Of a stretch of DNA of 64,000 bases, positions 25,889-36,937 are shown one piece after another. The stretch's first letter is position 1. Every line of letters begins with the position of its first letter. The position numbers and the translations under genes are program-made. This stretch comes from Okamejei kenojei (Eukaryota). Location of the stretch: positions 37,200,001 through 37,264,000 of the forward strand of contig CM069142.1 of NCBI GenBank assembly GCA_035221665.1, in the 5' to 3' direction. The notes beneath the pieces were generated by a model. The model ran no database searches and was not told the origin of the DNA. It was given only the letters and a program-made list of their open reading frames with translations.

Positions 25889-27670
25889 ATGCTTTATAAA
25901 TATTTGGGCCAACCTCATTGTGATCACAAAGGTTTGTTAATGGGATGGATTCAGTTTAGAAATTACATTTTGAACATTCTAAGGAACAGTGGGAATACAA
26001 ATTATAACTTCCAATTCTTGTTAAATTTTATATTTAGAATTTCAACAGGAAGGCAATGATTTCAAATGAGATATCGCCCTGACACCAGCAATATCAAAGG
26101 TTAAATCATAAAGGAAAGGGGTTAAAGTAAGAGATACTATATTATCATTACATTTAATTTTAATATACTGCAGTATAGCTAATGTTCATTATTTAAGATG
26201 AGCAGCAAGGATAAGGCAGCAAACTACAAGCCAGTGAGCTTTAATCAGTGGTAGGAAAATTATTGGAGAAAATCCAAAGGGATAATAATATTTGGAAAAT
26301 TAAAGACTGAGCAGTGGTAGTGTGCATGGTTTTGTGCAAGAAAATCCTGTCTCACTAATTTGATTGATTTTTTTGAAGGAGTTAAAAGATTGACTAAAAG
26401 ATTAAACGGATTGATAAAGGTAGGGCAGTAGATGCAATCTATATGGACTTTAGGAAGGCATTTAACAAGGTCTCAGATGATAGGCTTGTCCAGAAAGTTA
26501 AGGCATAGGAAATCCAAGGGGAGTTATCTAATTGAACTCAATGTAGGTTTGATGACAGGAAGTGGAGGGTTGTGGTGGACAGGTGTAGGTTTGGTGACAG
26601 GAGGTAGATGGTTGTGGTGGGCAGGTGCTTCTCATTGGAAGTCTCTAACCTGTGATGAATCAGTGTAGGGACCCTTGTTTTCGTGATATCTATTAATGAC
26701 TAGGATATAGGAGGTATGATTAGTACGTTTGTGGCTGACATGAAGCCGCATGTGTGCACATGGCAAGGAAGGTTGTCTAAGGCTACAGTGGGATAAAGAT
26801 CAGTTGGAATGTGCGGAAAAACGATGGCAGGTGAAATTTAATCCTGACAGATATGAGATAATGCATTTGGGAAATCAATAGAGGTAGGACACATTTGATT
26901 GTATGTACAACAAATGTTGATGAGCAGAGAAACCTTGGGGTTCAAGTCCATAGTTCGCTAAAAGTGTTATTCTCTAAAAACACTTGTTAGATTGCACTTG
27001 GGTGTATTTTTCGCAGTTCTGGTCACCACTATAGGACGGATGTGATTGCACTGGAGAGAGCACAGAGGAAATTCACCAGGATGTTGCTGGACTGGAAGAC
27101 TAGTTATGGCTTATTTTCCTTTGAGTGAAGGAGGCCGAGGGGTGATTCAATAGAAATATATAAAAATAAAGACACATAGATAGGGTGGATGGTCAGAATC
27201 ATTTCCCCTGTGGATGGTCAGAATCATTTTCCCCTGTCAAAAACATAAAGGCAGATGTTCAAAGTGATAGGAAGGAGTTTTAAAGAGGATTTGAGGGAAA
27301 AGTTTTTGTTTCATAGTGAGCTGTTGATATCTGTTGATATCTGAAACTCGGTGACAGGGGAGATCCTAGAGTCAGATTCAATCACTATGTTCATGAGAAA
27401 TACGTATGGGTACTGAAATATGCATGACATGGAAGGAAATAGAACTAATGCCACCTAATGGGATTAGTGCAGATGGGCAAGGCCAGCATGGATGTGGTGG
27501 TCTGAAGGGCTAGTTCCTGCAGAATAACACTTGTGGCTCTGGATCTAATCGCTGATTTATTTGATTAAATATTTAATCTTTGTAGTAATGTTTTTGAGAA
27601 TAATTAAAGTGGGAAGCAGCTATCCTTAAGTTAAGTGCCTCTCTCAGCTAGTGGAAACTATCAAGCTCAC

Positions 27671-27791
27671 CTTGTAATCTCACAACTATAGGGATCTTCA
27701 AATCCAAGTCTTCCACAGCTAGAATAATACCTTTAGCAATTATATCACATCGCATGATGCCACCAAATATGTTTACCAGAATAGCGACTAC
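27671..27791 (-). CDS. SUCLA2: SUCLA2 exon 9 ([40 protein letters not shown])
   Basis: [10 protein letters not shown] motif. Sites tttctctag|GTA and G|gtgagc; 121 nt. Confidence 0.97.
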
Positions 27792-28139
27792 CTAGAGAAA
27801 GAAGGGACCTTTTTAAGTAAAAATTGTCCGAGTAAAGTTATATCAAAAGTACTTCCTTGTTCATTGATATGATCCTTTTAAAACACCATATTTCAGTACA
27901 TACAGAAGATTTATTTCTAATTAGCATCCAGGCATTATGTTTAACGGAATAATGTAACTGGGCTTGCTGTGCAAGACAGCTATAAATGTAACATGAATAT
28001 AGTACAAAATCATAGCAATAAAATCGCATGAAAGATGTTATTATGTGATTAGCCTCCTCCAATTTACTGAATTGCAACTATTATTCACTACATTCAGTAT
28101 CCACTTTAATGCGGTAAACCAATATTGTATGATGATGTA

Positions 28140-28945
28140 GTAAAAGCAAGGAACTGATTGTAGACTTTGGAAAAGGACAAGGATCCACAAACCTATCTTT
28201 ATCGACAGAACGGCGGTGGAGAGAGTCAAATACTTCAAATTCCTGGGTATGCATATCTCTGAAGATCTGTTCTAGACCCAGCACATTCATGCAATCATAA
28301 ATAAAGCCCACCAATGCCTCAACTTCCTTAGATTAAGGAGACTGGATATGTCAACTCTCTTCAATTTGTACATGTGTACATATTGACTGGTTACATCATT
28401 GTCTGGTTTGACAATTCAAATCCTAGGAACAAAGAAGATTGGACACTGCCCAATCCATCACAGGTTAATTGACCTCCCCACCATCGAAGAGGATCTACAA
28501 GAGTCGCTGCCTCAAAAAGGCAGCCAGCATCGTCAGGGACCCACACCACCTGGCCACTCTCATCATCAGGGACCCACACCACCCTGGCCTGAAAACTAAC
28601 ATTCAGGTTCAGCTTCTTCCCTACAATCATCAGGCTTTTAATCACTACAACCGTGTCCAAATAAACGCCAACTACATAAACTTGGCGGCATTGTTTTTGT
28701 CTTACAGAGCTTGGCGGCATAGTTTTTCCCCACAGCCATCAGGCTATTAAACCTGGCTCGGACAAAACTCTGAACATTAATACCCCTCCATCTGTTATTT
28801 GCACTTTATCAATTTATTCAGTTATGTGTGTATTTACGTATATAATTGTAGTCAATGCCTACTATGTTCTGTTGTGCTATGCAAAGAAAGAATTTCATTG
28901 TCCTGTCAGGGACACATGACAATAAACTCTTTTGACTTTTGGTAC
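28140..28945 (+). mobile_element. Rex/Babar LINE 3' fragment
   Basis: KSKELIVDF and SRCLKKAASIVRDPHH remnants; 3' UTR like 45130-45400. Confidence 0.8.
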
Positions 28946-30079
28946 GGTTTACATAACTGTTGTTCTGCTGCATTGTTCATTTTGAAACATATGACAATAA
29001 CACACTTGACTTTACTAGTTTTATTCACCGATATTCCGAATAAGAACTTTGAATTAACTTTTCAAATAGGTTGCAGCTGATAGGAGGAACTTGGAAATTG
29101 ATTTATTAATCCATACCCCACAAGAGGAGCTATTGTGAATCTATGAACTGTTACCAATATAAAATGTGTATCACAGAAACAATCCTTCTACCCACTCACT
29201 TCTGCAGGTCTTTATAGTTCCCACAAACATTTGCCCATCCTACCTCATTTAATCCGATCAGCACATTCTCTGTTCCTTTTTTCTTTATACATTTATTTAG
29301 CTTCCCCTTCCTATATACAAATACAACACATATCCTTCACATACAGTATGATACATCTACCATTTGAATGGCTTCTCTTTGTATTAGTTACTTCCGCATC
29401 CTAACTACTTCCTAGGTAGTAAGTTTCAGCCAAATTCTTTTTGCCTTATTGGTGAATATTAATGTCTATTAGGGTCCCAGATTTTGGCTCCACGTGGAAC
29501 CAACTTCTCTATAATCGCTCTAAAATCCTTCATAAACTTAACAAGACTTAATGTTTACAACATTAATGCTTCCTACTAGAAAAAAGTCTCATCAAGGAGT
29601 CAATGACCAGAAATGTCCTTAAAGCAGTTCACTGCCCACCACCTGAACTCAAAGCTGAACATAAAGGGATCACAGGAGAGGCCCTGATTAGTGCCTGACA
29701 TCCCAATCATAAATCCCACGGAAATGTTTTGACACTTGTAGGTTAAACTAATAGTCGAAGCTGCCAAATTGCTCAAATGTTTATCAATGCCTGATGGTTT
29801 AAAAACTGTTAAAAATTAAATGTTAAAATACAAAACAATGAAATTATTTAATCAACAAACAAATTGTACTTCATGTGAAACATGGGTCCTTCTCCTTCAT
29901 TCATCTTCACTGGAATGAATGGAGTTAACGAACCGGGTTCAGTGAGGATTTGTTTGCCTGGGTGCTGAGAAGAAGGACAGGCTCCATTGCTAGTTGGTTC
30001 AAGGAATCAGTCCAGTGCTGTTATATATGTGGCAGTTTGGGCTAGTGCATATTTGTGTGAATTAAGAACTGGTTTATTT

Positions 30080-30490
30080 ATCAGGTCAGGTCGGGGGGAG
30101 ATCCCCCCCGCCACTGGTAACATGTAATCGCGTGCTACCTGCTCCATGGTCGGATAGTCGGCGACTAAACCGTCTCCCCCACCTGGTTTGCCAGGTGAGG
30201 AGGGGGCTGTGGACCCCCAGTAGGACCAAAAACAAGACCTGTCAGAGGGCAGATGAGCTTCTAGCGAGCCAATGGCCATTCACACTTCAGTAGATGTTGC
30301 GATCACTGTCGTACATAACATTGTATGGAATGATGATAAAGCACACAGACCAAAATCCTATACTTCTAGCGACGGAAGTCCACAGGAATTGGAGGACAGA
30401 GATGTGTGGTGTGTCCATCACCATTCCCATCAGAAATCAGCGCCACTGCATCGCTCAGTGTTTTCAACGATGATGATGATAATGATGATT
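30080..30490 (+). mobile_element. SINE-like element with structured GC-rich 5' part and (GAT)n tail
   Basis: Hairpins gggggagatccccccc and acctgg-tttg-ccaggt; ends gatgatgatgataatgatgat. Confidence 0.55.
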
Positions 30491-32314
30491 ATTTATATAA
30501 AACAGAATGTTGTAGTGGAAGGTAGATATTCAAACTCGAGGTGTGAGTTCCACGGGGATCTGAGCTGGGCCCTCTGCTTTTTGTTATATCTATAAATGGC
30601 CTAGACGTAAATGTAGATGGGTTGGCGAGTCAATATTCTGATGACACCAAAATTGGAGCAGTTGCAGACAGAGGAATTTCGTCAGTACAGCATGATATAA
30701 ATCAACAGCAAAAATGGGTGGAAAAAATGGCAAATGGAGTTTAACTCGAGCAAATGTGAAGTGTTGCACTTTGGAAGGTTGGATGTAAGGAGAGAATATA
30801 CAGTTAATTGCAGGACCCTTAACAGTATTGACATGCAGAGGGATCTTGGAGTCCAAATTCATAGCTTACTAAAGGTATGCTGGGGGGCATTCAATATAAG
30901 AGCCAGGAAGTCATGATGCAACTTATAGGACTTTGATTAGGCCGCATTTGAACTACTGCGTGCAGTTCTGGTTGTCCCCTTATGGGAAAGATGCGGAAGC
31001 TTTGGAGAGGGTGCAGAGGAGGTTTTCCCGAATGTTGCCTGGATTACAGGGTTTCTGTTACAGGGAGAGGTTGGATAGACAGGCAGAATCTTTTTCCGCA
31101 GTGTGGAAATGTCCAACACTAGAGGGCATAGCTATAAGATGAGAGGGGGAAAGTTCAATGGAGATAAGCACAGCATGTTTTTTTTAAAAACACAGATAGT
31201 GGTGGGGGCCTGGAATGCTTTGCTAATGGTGGAGGCAGATACAATATGGCATTTAGGAGGCTTTTAGATAGGCACCTGGGAATGCAGAAAATAGAGGGAT
31301 ATGGATCATGTGCAGGCAGATGAGATCAGTTTAGCTAGGCATTATGTTTGGAAGAAATATTGCCGGCTGAAGGGCCTGTTCCTGTGCTGTACTGTTCCAT
31401 ATACACTTGAATGACTCAATATTGCATTATCGATCTGACTGATTACAAATATTACAGAAATCACTTGAAATGAATACTCAGGGAATTAAAAATGACCAAA
31501 TTAACATTGTCAAGAGATTCATACAGTTTCAGAAAAATAGAACAAATGGTAGAGGTAGAAACCCATGAAAAAAATGGCATAATCAGCCCACGATTCAATT
31601 AATTTGCGCAATACCATAAGACATAGGAATAGAATTTGCCCATAGGCCCATCATGTCTGCTCTGCCATTCGATTACGGTTGATCTATTTTTCCCTGTCAA
31701 CTCACTATCCTGCCTTCTCCCCATAATCTTTGATACCTTTACTAATCAATCACCATTTAAAAAATACCCAATGACGTCCTCTACAGCCGTCTGTGACAAT
31801 GAATTCCGCAGATTTACCACCATCTGGTTAAAGAAATTCTCTTCATCTCCATTCTAAAGGCACTTTTATTCTATGGCTCTGCCCTCTGGTCCTAGACTGT
31901 CCTACTACTGGAAACATCTTCTCCACATCCACTCTACATAGGTCTTTCATAATTCGGTGGGTTTCAATAAGCGAGTTTGGTATTCCGACTGCACATGGCC
32001 AGGTCATAGGTCACTAGCTATGAACAGTCTCGGCAACGGTGGTGCTGCATTGTGTGCAGGCTTGCATTTCATCCGTGGTCGGGGTCGGGCCGGCTCTCCG
32101 TCGCTGCAGGTGCTGTTGAGTTGCTGATGGGCCGTCCCCGTCCCCTCCCCAGTGTCCCGTCCTTGTCTGGAGGTGTCTGGGGTGGCCCTGGGCTGGCGGG
32201 GCGGCCTTGGACTTACAGCCGGCGCTGCAGCCCGCTGGCTCCAGCTTGGTTCTGCAGCTGCTGGCTCCAGCTCGGCTCTGCCTGTCCTGCCGGGTTGGCC
32301 ATCAGCCCCTCCCC

Positions 32315-32773
32315 TCAGTCCGACACAGAGATCCTACTGAAGATGGGCAGCTGCCAGCCCTGTTCGAAGACCAGCGACTCGGAGCCGCTGCTGCTGGAGT
32401 CGTACTGGTCAGAGACAGAGTCTGCAGACAGGCTCCTGTTGGCCATGGGCAGGCCGGGGTACCCGCTGGAGCTGCTGGAGCGGTTGGTGGTGCTGGCAGC
32501 AGAAGCAACCTCCTCCCCCTCCCTTGCCCAGCCCCAAGCCCAGAGTCCAGGCCAACTCTAACTCCAGGTCGGGGTTGAAGGCAACAAAAAATTACAGTTT
32601 TTGTTCAGATCGATTGAATGGCGCAGGCGAGGCCGGGCCCCTCGCTCCTCCTTAGGGTTGTGGATGAAGTGGCAGCGGGTTCACTCCAGCTCCAGAGGAA
32701 CCCGCTCCCCAATGCCCAACCCGGCGACAAGTGCCAGCTACGTTCCCACAGCCGCCACCCCAAGTACAAGACG
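32315..32773. pseudogene. Scrambled fragments of a ZFP36/tristetraprolin-family gene
   Basis: Minus 32500-32315: ..SLSADSVSDQYDSSSSGSESLVFEQGWQLPIFSRISVSD*. Minus 32680-32612: TRCHFIHNPKEERGARPRLRHSI. Plus 32723-32773: GDKCQLRSHSRHPKYKT. Confidence 0.85.
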
Positions 32774-32825
32774 TACTTTCCACATCACCGGCCTCAAATG
32801 TGAACCAAAGCGCTGAATTCGAGAG

Positions 32826-33360
32826 GCAAGGTGAGAATGAACACCCTCAACTGATGTCCTTTGGCAGCTCGTTCCATATACCCACCACCCTTTGTGTGAA
32901 ACAAATGCCCCTCAGGTTCCTATTAAATCTTTCCCCTCTTACCTTAAGTCTCTGTGCACTGGTTCTTGATTCCCCTACTCTGGGTGAAAAGCTCTGTGCA
33001 TTTTCCCCATCTATTCCTCTTGCGATCTTATACATCTCTATCGAACACGCCACATCCTCCTGAACTCCAAGCAATAAAGTCTTAGCTTCCTCAATCTCTC
33101 CCTTCTGCTCAGGCCCTTGAGTCCATGGCAACATTGTAAATCTTCTCTGCACCCTTTCCAGCTTAACAATATCTTTCCTATAACAGGGTAACCAACACTG
33201 AACACAATGCTCCAAGTGCGGCCTCACCAATGTCTCTACAACACAACATTCCAACATCTATACTCTGTACTCTGACTGATGAAGGCCAATGTGCCGAAAG
33301 CCTTCTTGACCACCATATCTACCTATGACGCAAATTTCAAGGAACTATACACCTATCCAT
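32826..33360 (-). mobile_element. CR1 fragment nested in the TIR element
   Basis: ORF 32847..33257 LVRPHLEHCVQCWLP..FTQRVVGIWNELP. Confidence 0.88.
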
Positions 33361-33595
33361 TTACAGTAAACCCTCGGAGGGAGCGGTTTCCGTTCTTACC
33401 GATGACAGTTAATAGACTAAAGGACACAAAGAGCTGGAGTAATTCAGTGGCTGCGGATTTCTAGAGAACATTGATAGATGACATCGGGACCCTTCCACAG
33501 ACAATTCAGTCGGCTGACCTGCTCCAGCACTTTGGGTTGTTTCACTTTAAAACCAGGCATGGTTACCGTGGGGTTCCCATGTCGGCGATTATGGT

Positions 33596-33620
33596 GGGGG
33601 GGGGGGGGGGGGGGGGGGGG
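33596..33620 (+). repeat. G25 homopolymer
   Basis: Directly visible in the sequence. Confidence 0.9.
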
Positions 33621-34066
33621 AAGGAGGTGGCTGCGACGACAGGGGGAGGATGTGGAGAAGGCTGGAAATAAAGGCCTATTGGACAGAGTGACGTGAAAAG
33701 CAGGCAGCTTTTTTAGAATTTATACAGTTTATACAGTCAGCACTTTTTGGTGAATGACCTTTGACAAATCCCATGATTCCTTGCGTTTTTTGGAATACCA
33801 AACTCGCTTATTTCAACTGGGCTCGTAATTTTGTCCGGATTTTTTTTGGGGGGCAGAATGGGTGGACCATCTGTTGCTGAAAAATTGGTGTTCAGCCTGT
33901 ATACCAAAAACAATATGTGATATCCATTTGCGAACTATATTAAAAAAACTTATACCTTATAATGCTCCCAAGTATTTTGGAAGTCTCTGAATGACGGTGA
34001 AATACCTGAAAGGTTATGATTACTAAAATTATTTCACTCTCATTGGTGTGCATGAGGAGCACCTTT

Positions 34067-35777
34067 TTTTTTTAACTCAACATTTATTGACATAACAAAA
34101 TACACATGCAGACAAAACAAAGAAACACACAAAAGACAATCGCAAAATGACAAAATACAAATCACCTAACCTCTATTAGCATCGCATCAGATACTCTTAA
34201 CATTCTATCATAGAAGCATCTTATTCACAGGCACCAGAGCAAGCTCATCCATTCATATCCTTAATCAATCTTGGCATTTGTAATAGTACCGGTTTCCATA
34301 TAATATTAAAGGCATCAGTCCTCAACTGGAGTTTAGCAGTTATACCTTCCATCAAGTATACATCTTTCAATCTTTCCCTCCACTGTTGAACATTTGGTGG
34401 CATTTCCTTTCTCCATAGCACTGTTATCATCTTTTTAGCAAACAACAGCATCACCCTAAGCAAATATATCTGATTTTGAATATCTGCCGCTGCTGGAGTA
34501 CCTCCTAATATGAAACATGCCGGTTCCAAAGGTAGATCCACTCCCAGAATTAATTTAATCTCTACCTGGATGTCTCTCCAGTATTGATATAATTTGGGAC
34601 AATCCCCAAAAATATGTGTGTGATCACCGATCTTCCCACATTATCTCCAGCATAAATTTGAGGTGTTACTGTATATTGCCAGCACTAGAGGGGTCCTAAA
34701 TACTCTCATTTTAATTTTCCAATTGAACTCCCTCCAAGAGAGGCTGCTTGTCAGCTTATGGCCCAAGAGACATGTCCTTTCCCATATTTCATCTGTAATA
34801 ATAATGTTCATTTCCAATTCCCATTTCTGTTTTGTTTCTATAGTATTTCCTTTTGTATAGTCTTGAATTCCTTGATATAAATGGGATATCAAATTATTTT
34901 GTAACACTCTCTCTATGGTCATCAATAAAGTATTTTCCAAATTTGAAGGTAGTCTACATATCTGCTCCCAATCTACACGTGTCTGTAAGTAGTGCCGTAT
35001 TTGGAGGAATCTAAAGAAATCCGACCCTGACAGTCCAAATTCATTCTGCAAGTGCTCATAAGATTTCAAGACTCCCCCACAAAAAAAACTGGTCCACAGT
35101 AATGAGCCCTTTATCTGCCCAGTTTCTAAATCCCTTATCAATTTTGCTGTGTATAAAATTGGGACTAGCAGCTATCTTCATTGCTCTAGATATCGAATTA
35201 AAAAGATTTAATTGCTTTCTGATAGCTATCCACGTTTTCATCGTGAATTTAATCCAATCATTATCAACTTTTAATTTCTTCCAATTTACTTGAGTTAGAA
35301 ATGGGAGCCCAGCCAGGGCAATACTAGGACATGCATTTTGTTCTATTTTCACCCATCCCGTTTCCTCGTCATTCGTTAACCATGCTATCAAGGTTCTCAG
35401 CTGCGCTGCCCAATAATAATATTTAAAGTTGGGCATATTTAGGCCCCCTTTTTGTTTTGATAACAACAGTGTCTTAAGTCTGACTCTGGGTCTCTTATTT
35501 TGCCACACAAATCTTGTTAACTCTTTGTCTAATGCCTTAAATGCCGCGTCAGGGACCCCTACTGGTAAAGATTGAAATTAGAAAAGCAGTCGGGGCAAAA
35601 TGTTCATTCGAACAACTTCCACTCTACCAATTAGAAATAAAGGGAGAATATCCCATCTGTGCATGTCTGCCTTAATCTTCTTGAGTAATTTACCATAGTT
35701 AGCTTCATACAATGCGGTGATAGAGTAAGTGATGACAATACCTAGATATCTAAAACCCTCCCGAGACTAATGGAACC
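34067..35777 (-). mobile_element. L1-clade LINE, 5'-truncated ORF2 C-terminus with poly(A)
   Basis: GGLNMPNFKYYYWAAQLR and a Cys-rich C-terminal remnant. AATAAA and poly(A) at ~34063-34088. 14-bp TSD tgaggagcaccttt at 34053-34066 and 35778-35791. Confidence 0.9.
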
Positions 35778-36087
35778 TGAGGAGCACCTTTGAGACCATA
35801 TCAGGGAATTATAACTAACTCCATCATTCCTGAGCTTCAGAAGCACAACCAACCTTTCAAGAAACAGGTAAGTTGTCCATGATAACATGCATACCATCTG
35901 ACTGGCGTTAAACCCAGTTGCACCAAGTACAGTTTGTACACATTGAACAAATAATCTCAAACATTATTAAGCTATCTCTATTTAACAGAAAAGCAAATAA
36001 CATTCTATTACCTGTCAACCAACAAATGTTTTCACTGCAGGAAAACATTTTGTCCGTAGACAGGACTAACCAAATTGAGTCATACAG

Positions 36088-36200
36088 ACTGTTTAAGAAG
36101 GAACTGCAGGTGCTGGAAAATCAAAGATACACAAAAATGCTGGAGAAACTCAGCGGGTGCAGCAGCATCTATGAAACAAAGGAAATAGGCAAAGTTTCCT
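36088..36200 (-). mobile_element. Solo Penelope pLTR fragment
   Basis: Homologous to the pLTRs; 10-bp TSD agtcatacag at 36078-36087 and 36201-36210. Confidence 0.8.
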
Positions 36201-36937
36201 AGTCATACAGTCAGTTATTCAGCAAGGGAAAAGGACACAAACACCCATTTCATTTGCCCATCATACCCACACCCCAACAGTCTATCTTATCCATATAACC
36301 GTCCAAATGTCTTCTAAATATTGTAACTGTACCTGTCACCACCACCTCTTCTGGCAACTTATTGAATATATCCATCACCCTCTGTGAAAAAGCTTGCCCC
36401 TTTAGATCATCTAAAACCTATGCTCGGTAGTTGTAGATCTCGCTTAGTAATGAAAAACACTGTGAACACTCTCCTTATCTACGCACCTCATGATTATATC
36501 TCGATAAGGTCATCCCTCAGCCTCCTTCACTAGAGGTAAAACCGGCCTGATCTATCCAGTCTCTCTTATAACTCAAGCCATCCAGTCCCAGCAACATCCT
36601 TGCAAATCTTTTCTCCTCTCTCTTACTTAATCACATCCTTCCAAAAGTATGAAAACATGAACTGCAAATGTAGTCATAGGCATCTTGTACATCTGCAGCT
36701 CAATGCCCTGACTGATGAAGACAAGTGCATTATAAACTTATTTTTTTAAAACAATCATCAGCTACCAATCTTACCATTTTCCAGGTAATATTCACTTGTA
36801 CCTTCTGCGTATGTATCACAAAACTTAACGGGGCAAAAGGACGCCACTGCAAAATTTATGCTTTTGGTGTAAAATGATTATTAAACATCGGGTTAGCTAC
36901 ATTCAATCCTCCAAAGTTACATATGTGATTAAGCTTG

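Larger units (their letters stand above)
24044..31965. repeat. Cluster of older degenerate CR1 fragments (24044-24955 +, 26200-27540 +, 30505-31400 +, 31615-31965 -). Others at 8690-9120, 14240-14725, 15480-16460, 19000-20390, 21355-22005, 36210-36800, 56875-58530, 61185-61380
   Basis: Recurrent CR1 RT/3' motifs (MEFNSSKC, RPHLNYCVQFW, ERVQRRF). Boundaries approximate. Confidence 0.8.
31969..33809. mobile_element. Non-autonomous TIR DNA transposon (ISL2EU/Harbinger-like termini) carrying ZFP36-family gene fragments
   Basis: Perfect 21-bp inverted repeat aataagcgagtttggtattcc (31966-31986) / ggaataccaaactcgcttatt (33792-33812), readable as an AT TSD plus an AAGCGAG terminus. No transposase seen. 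Confidence 0.8.

Noticed and set aside
32052-32578. Plus-strand 169-aa and 123-aa ORFs
   Set aside because: Antisense shadows of the GC-rich ZFP36-derived minus-strand sequence.
33596-33620. G25 run as a functional G-quadruplex
   Set aside because: Homopolymer length is assembly-sensitive and similar runs occur in other repeats here (44457-44472, 58658-58674). No functional evidence.
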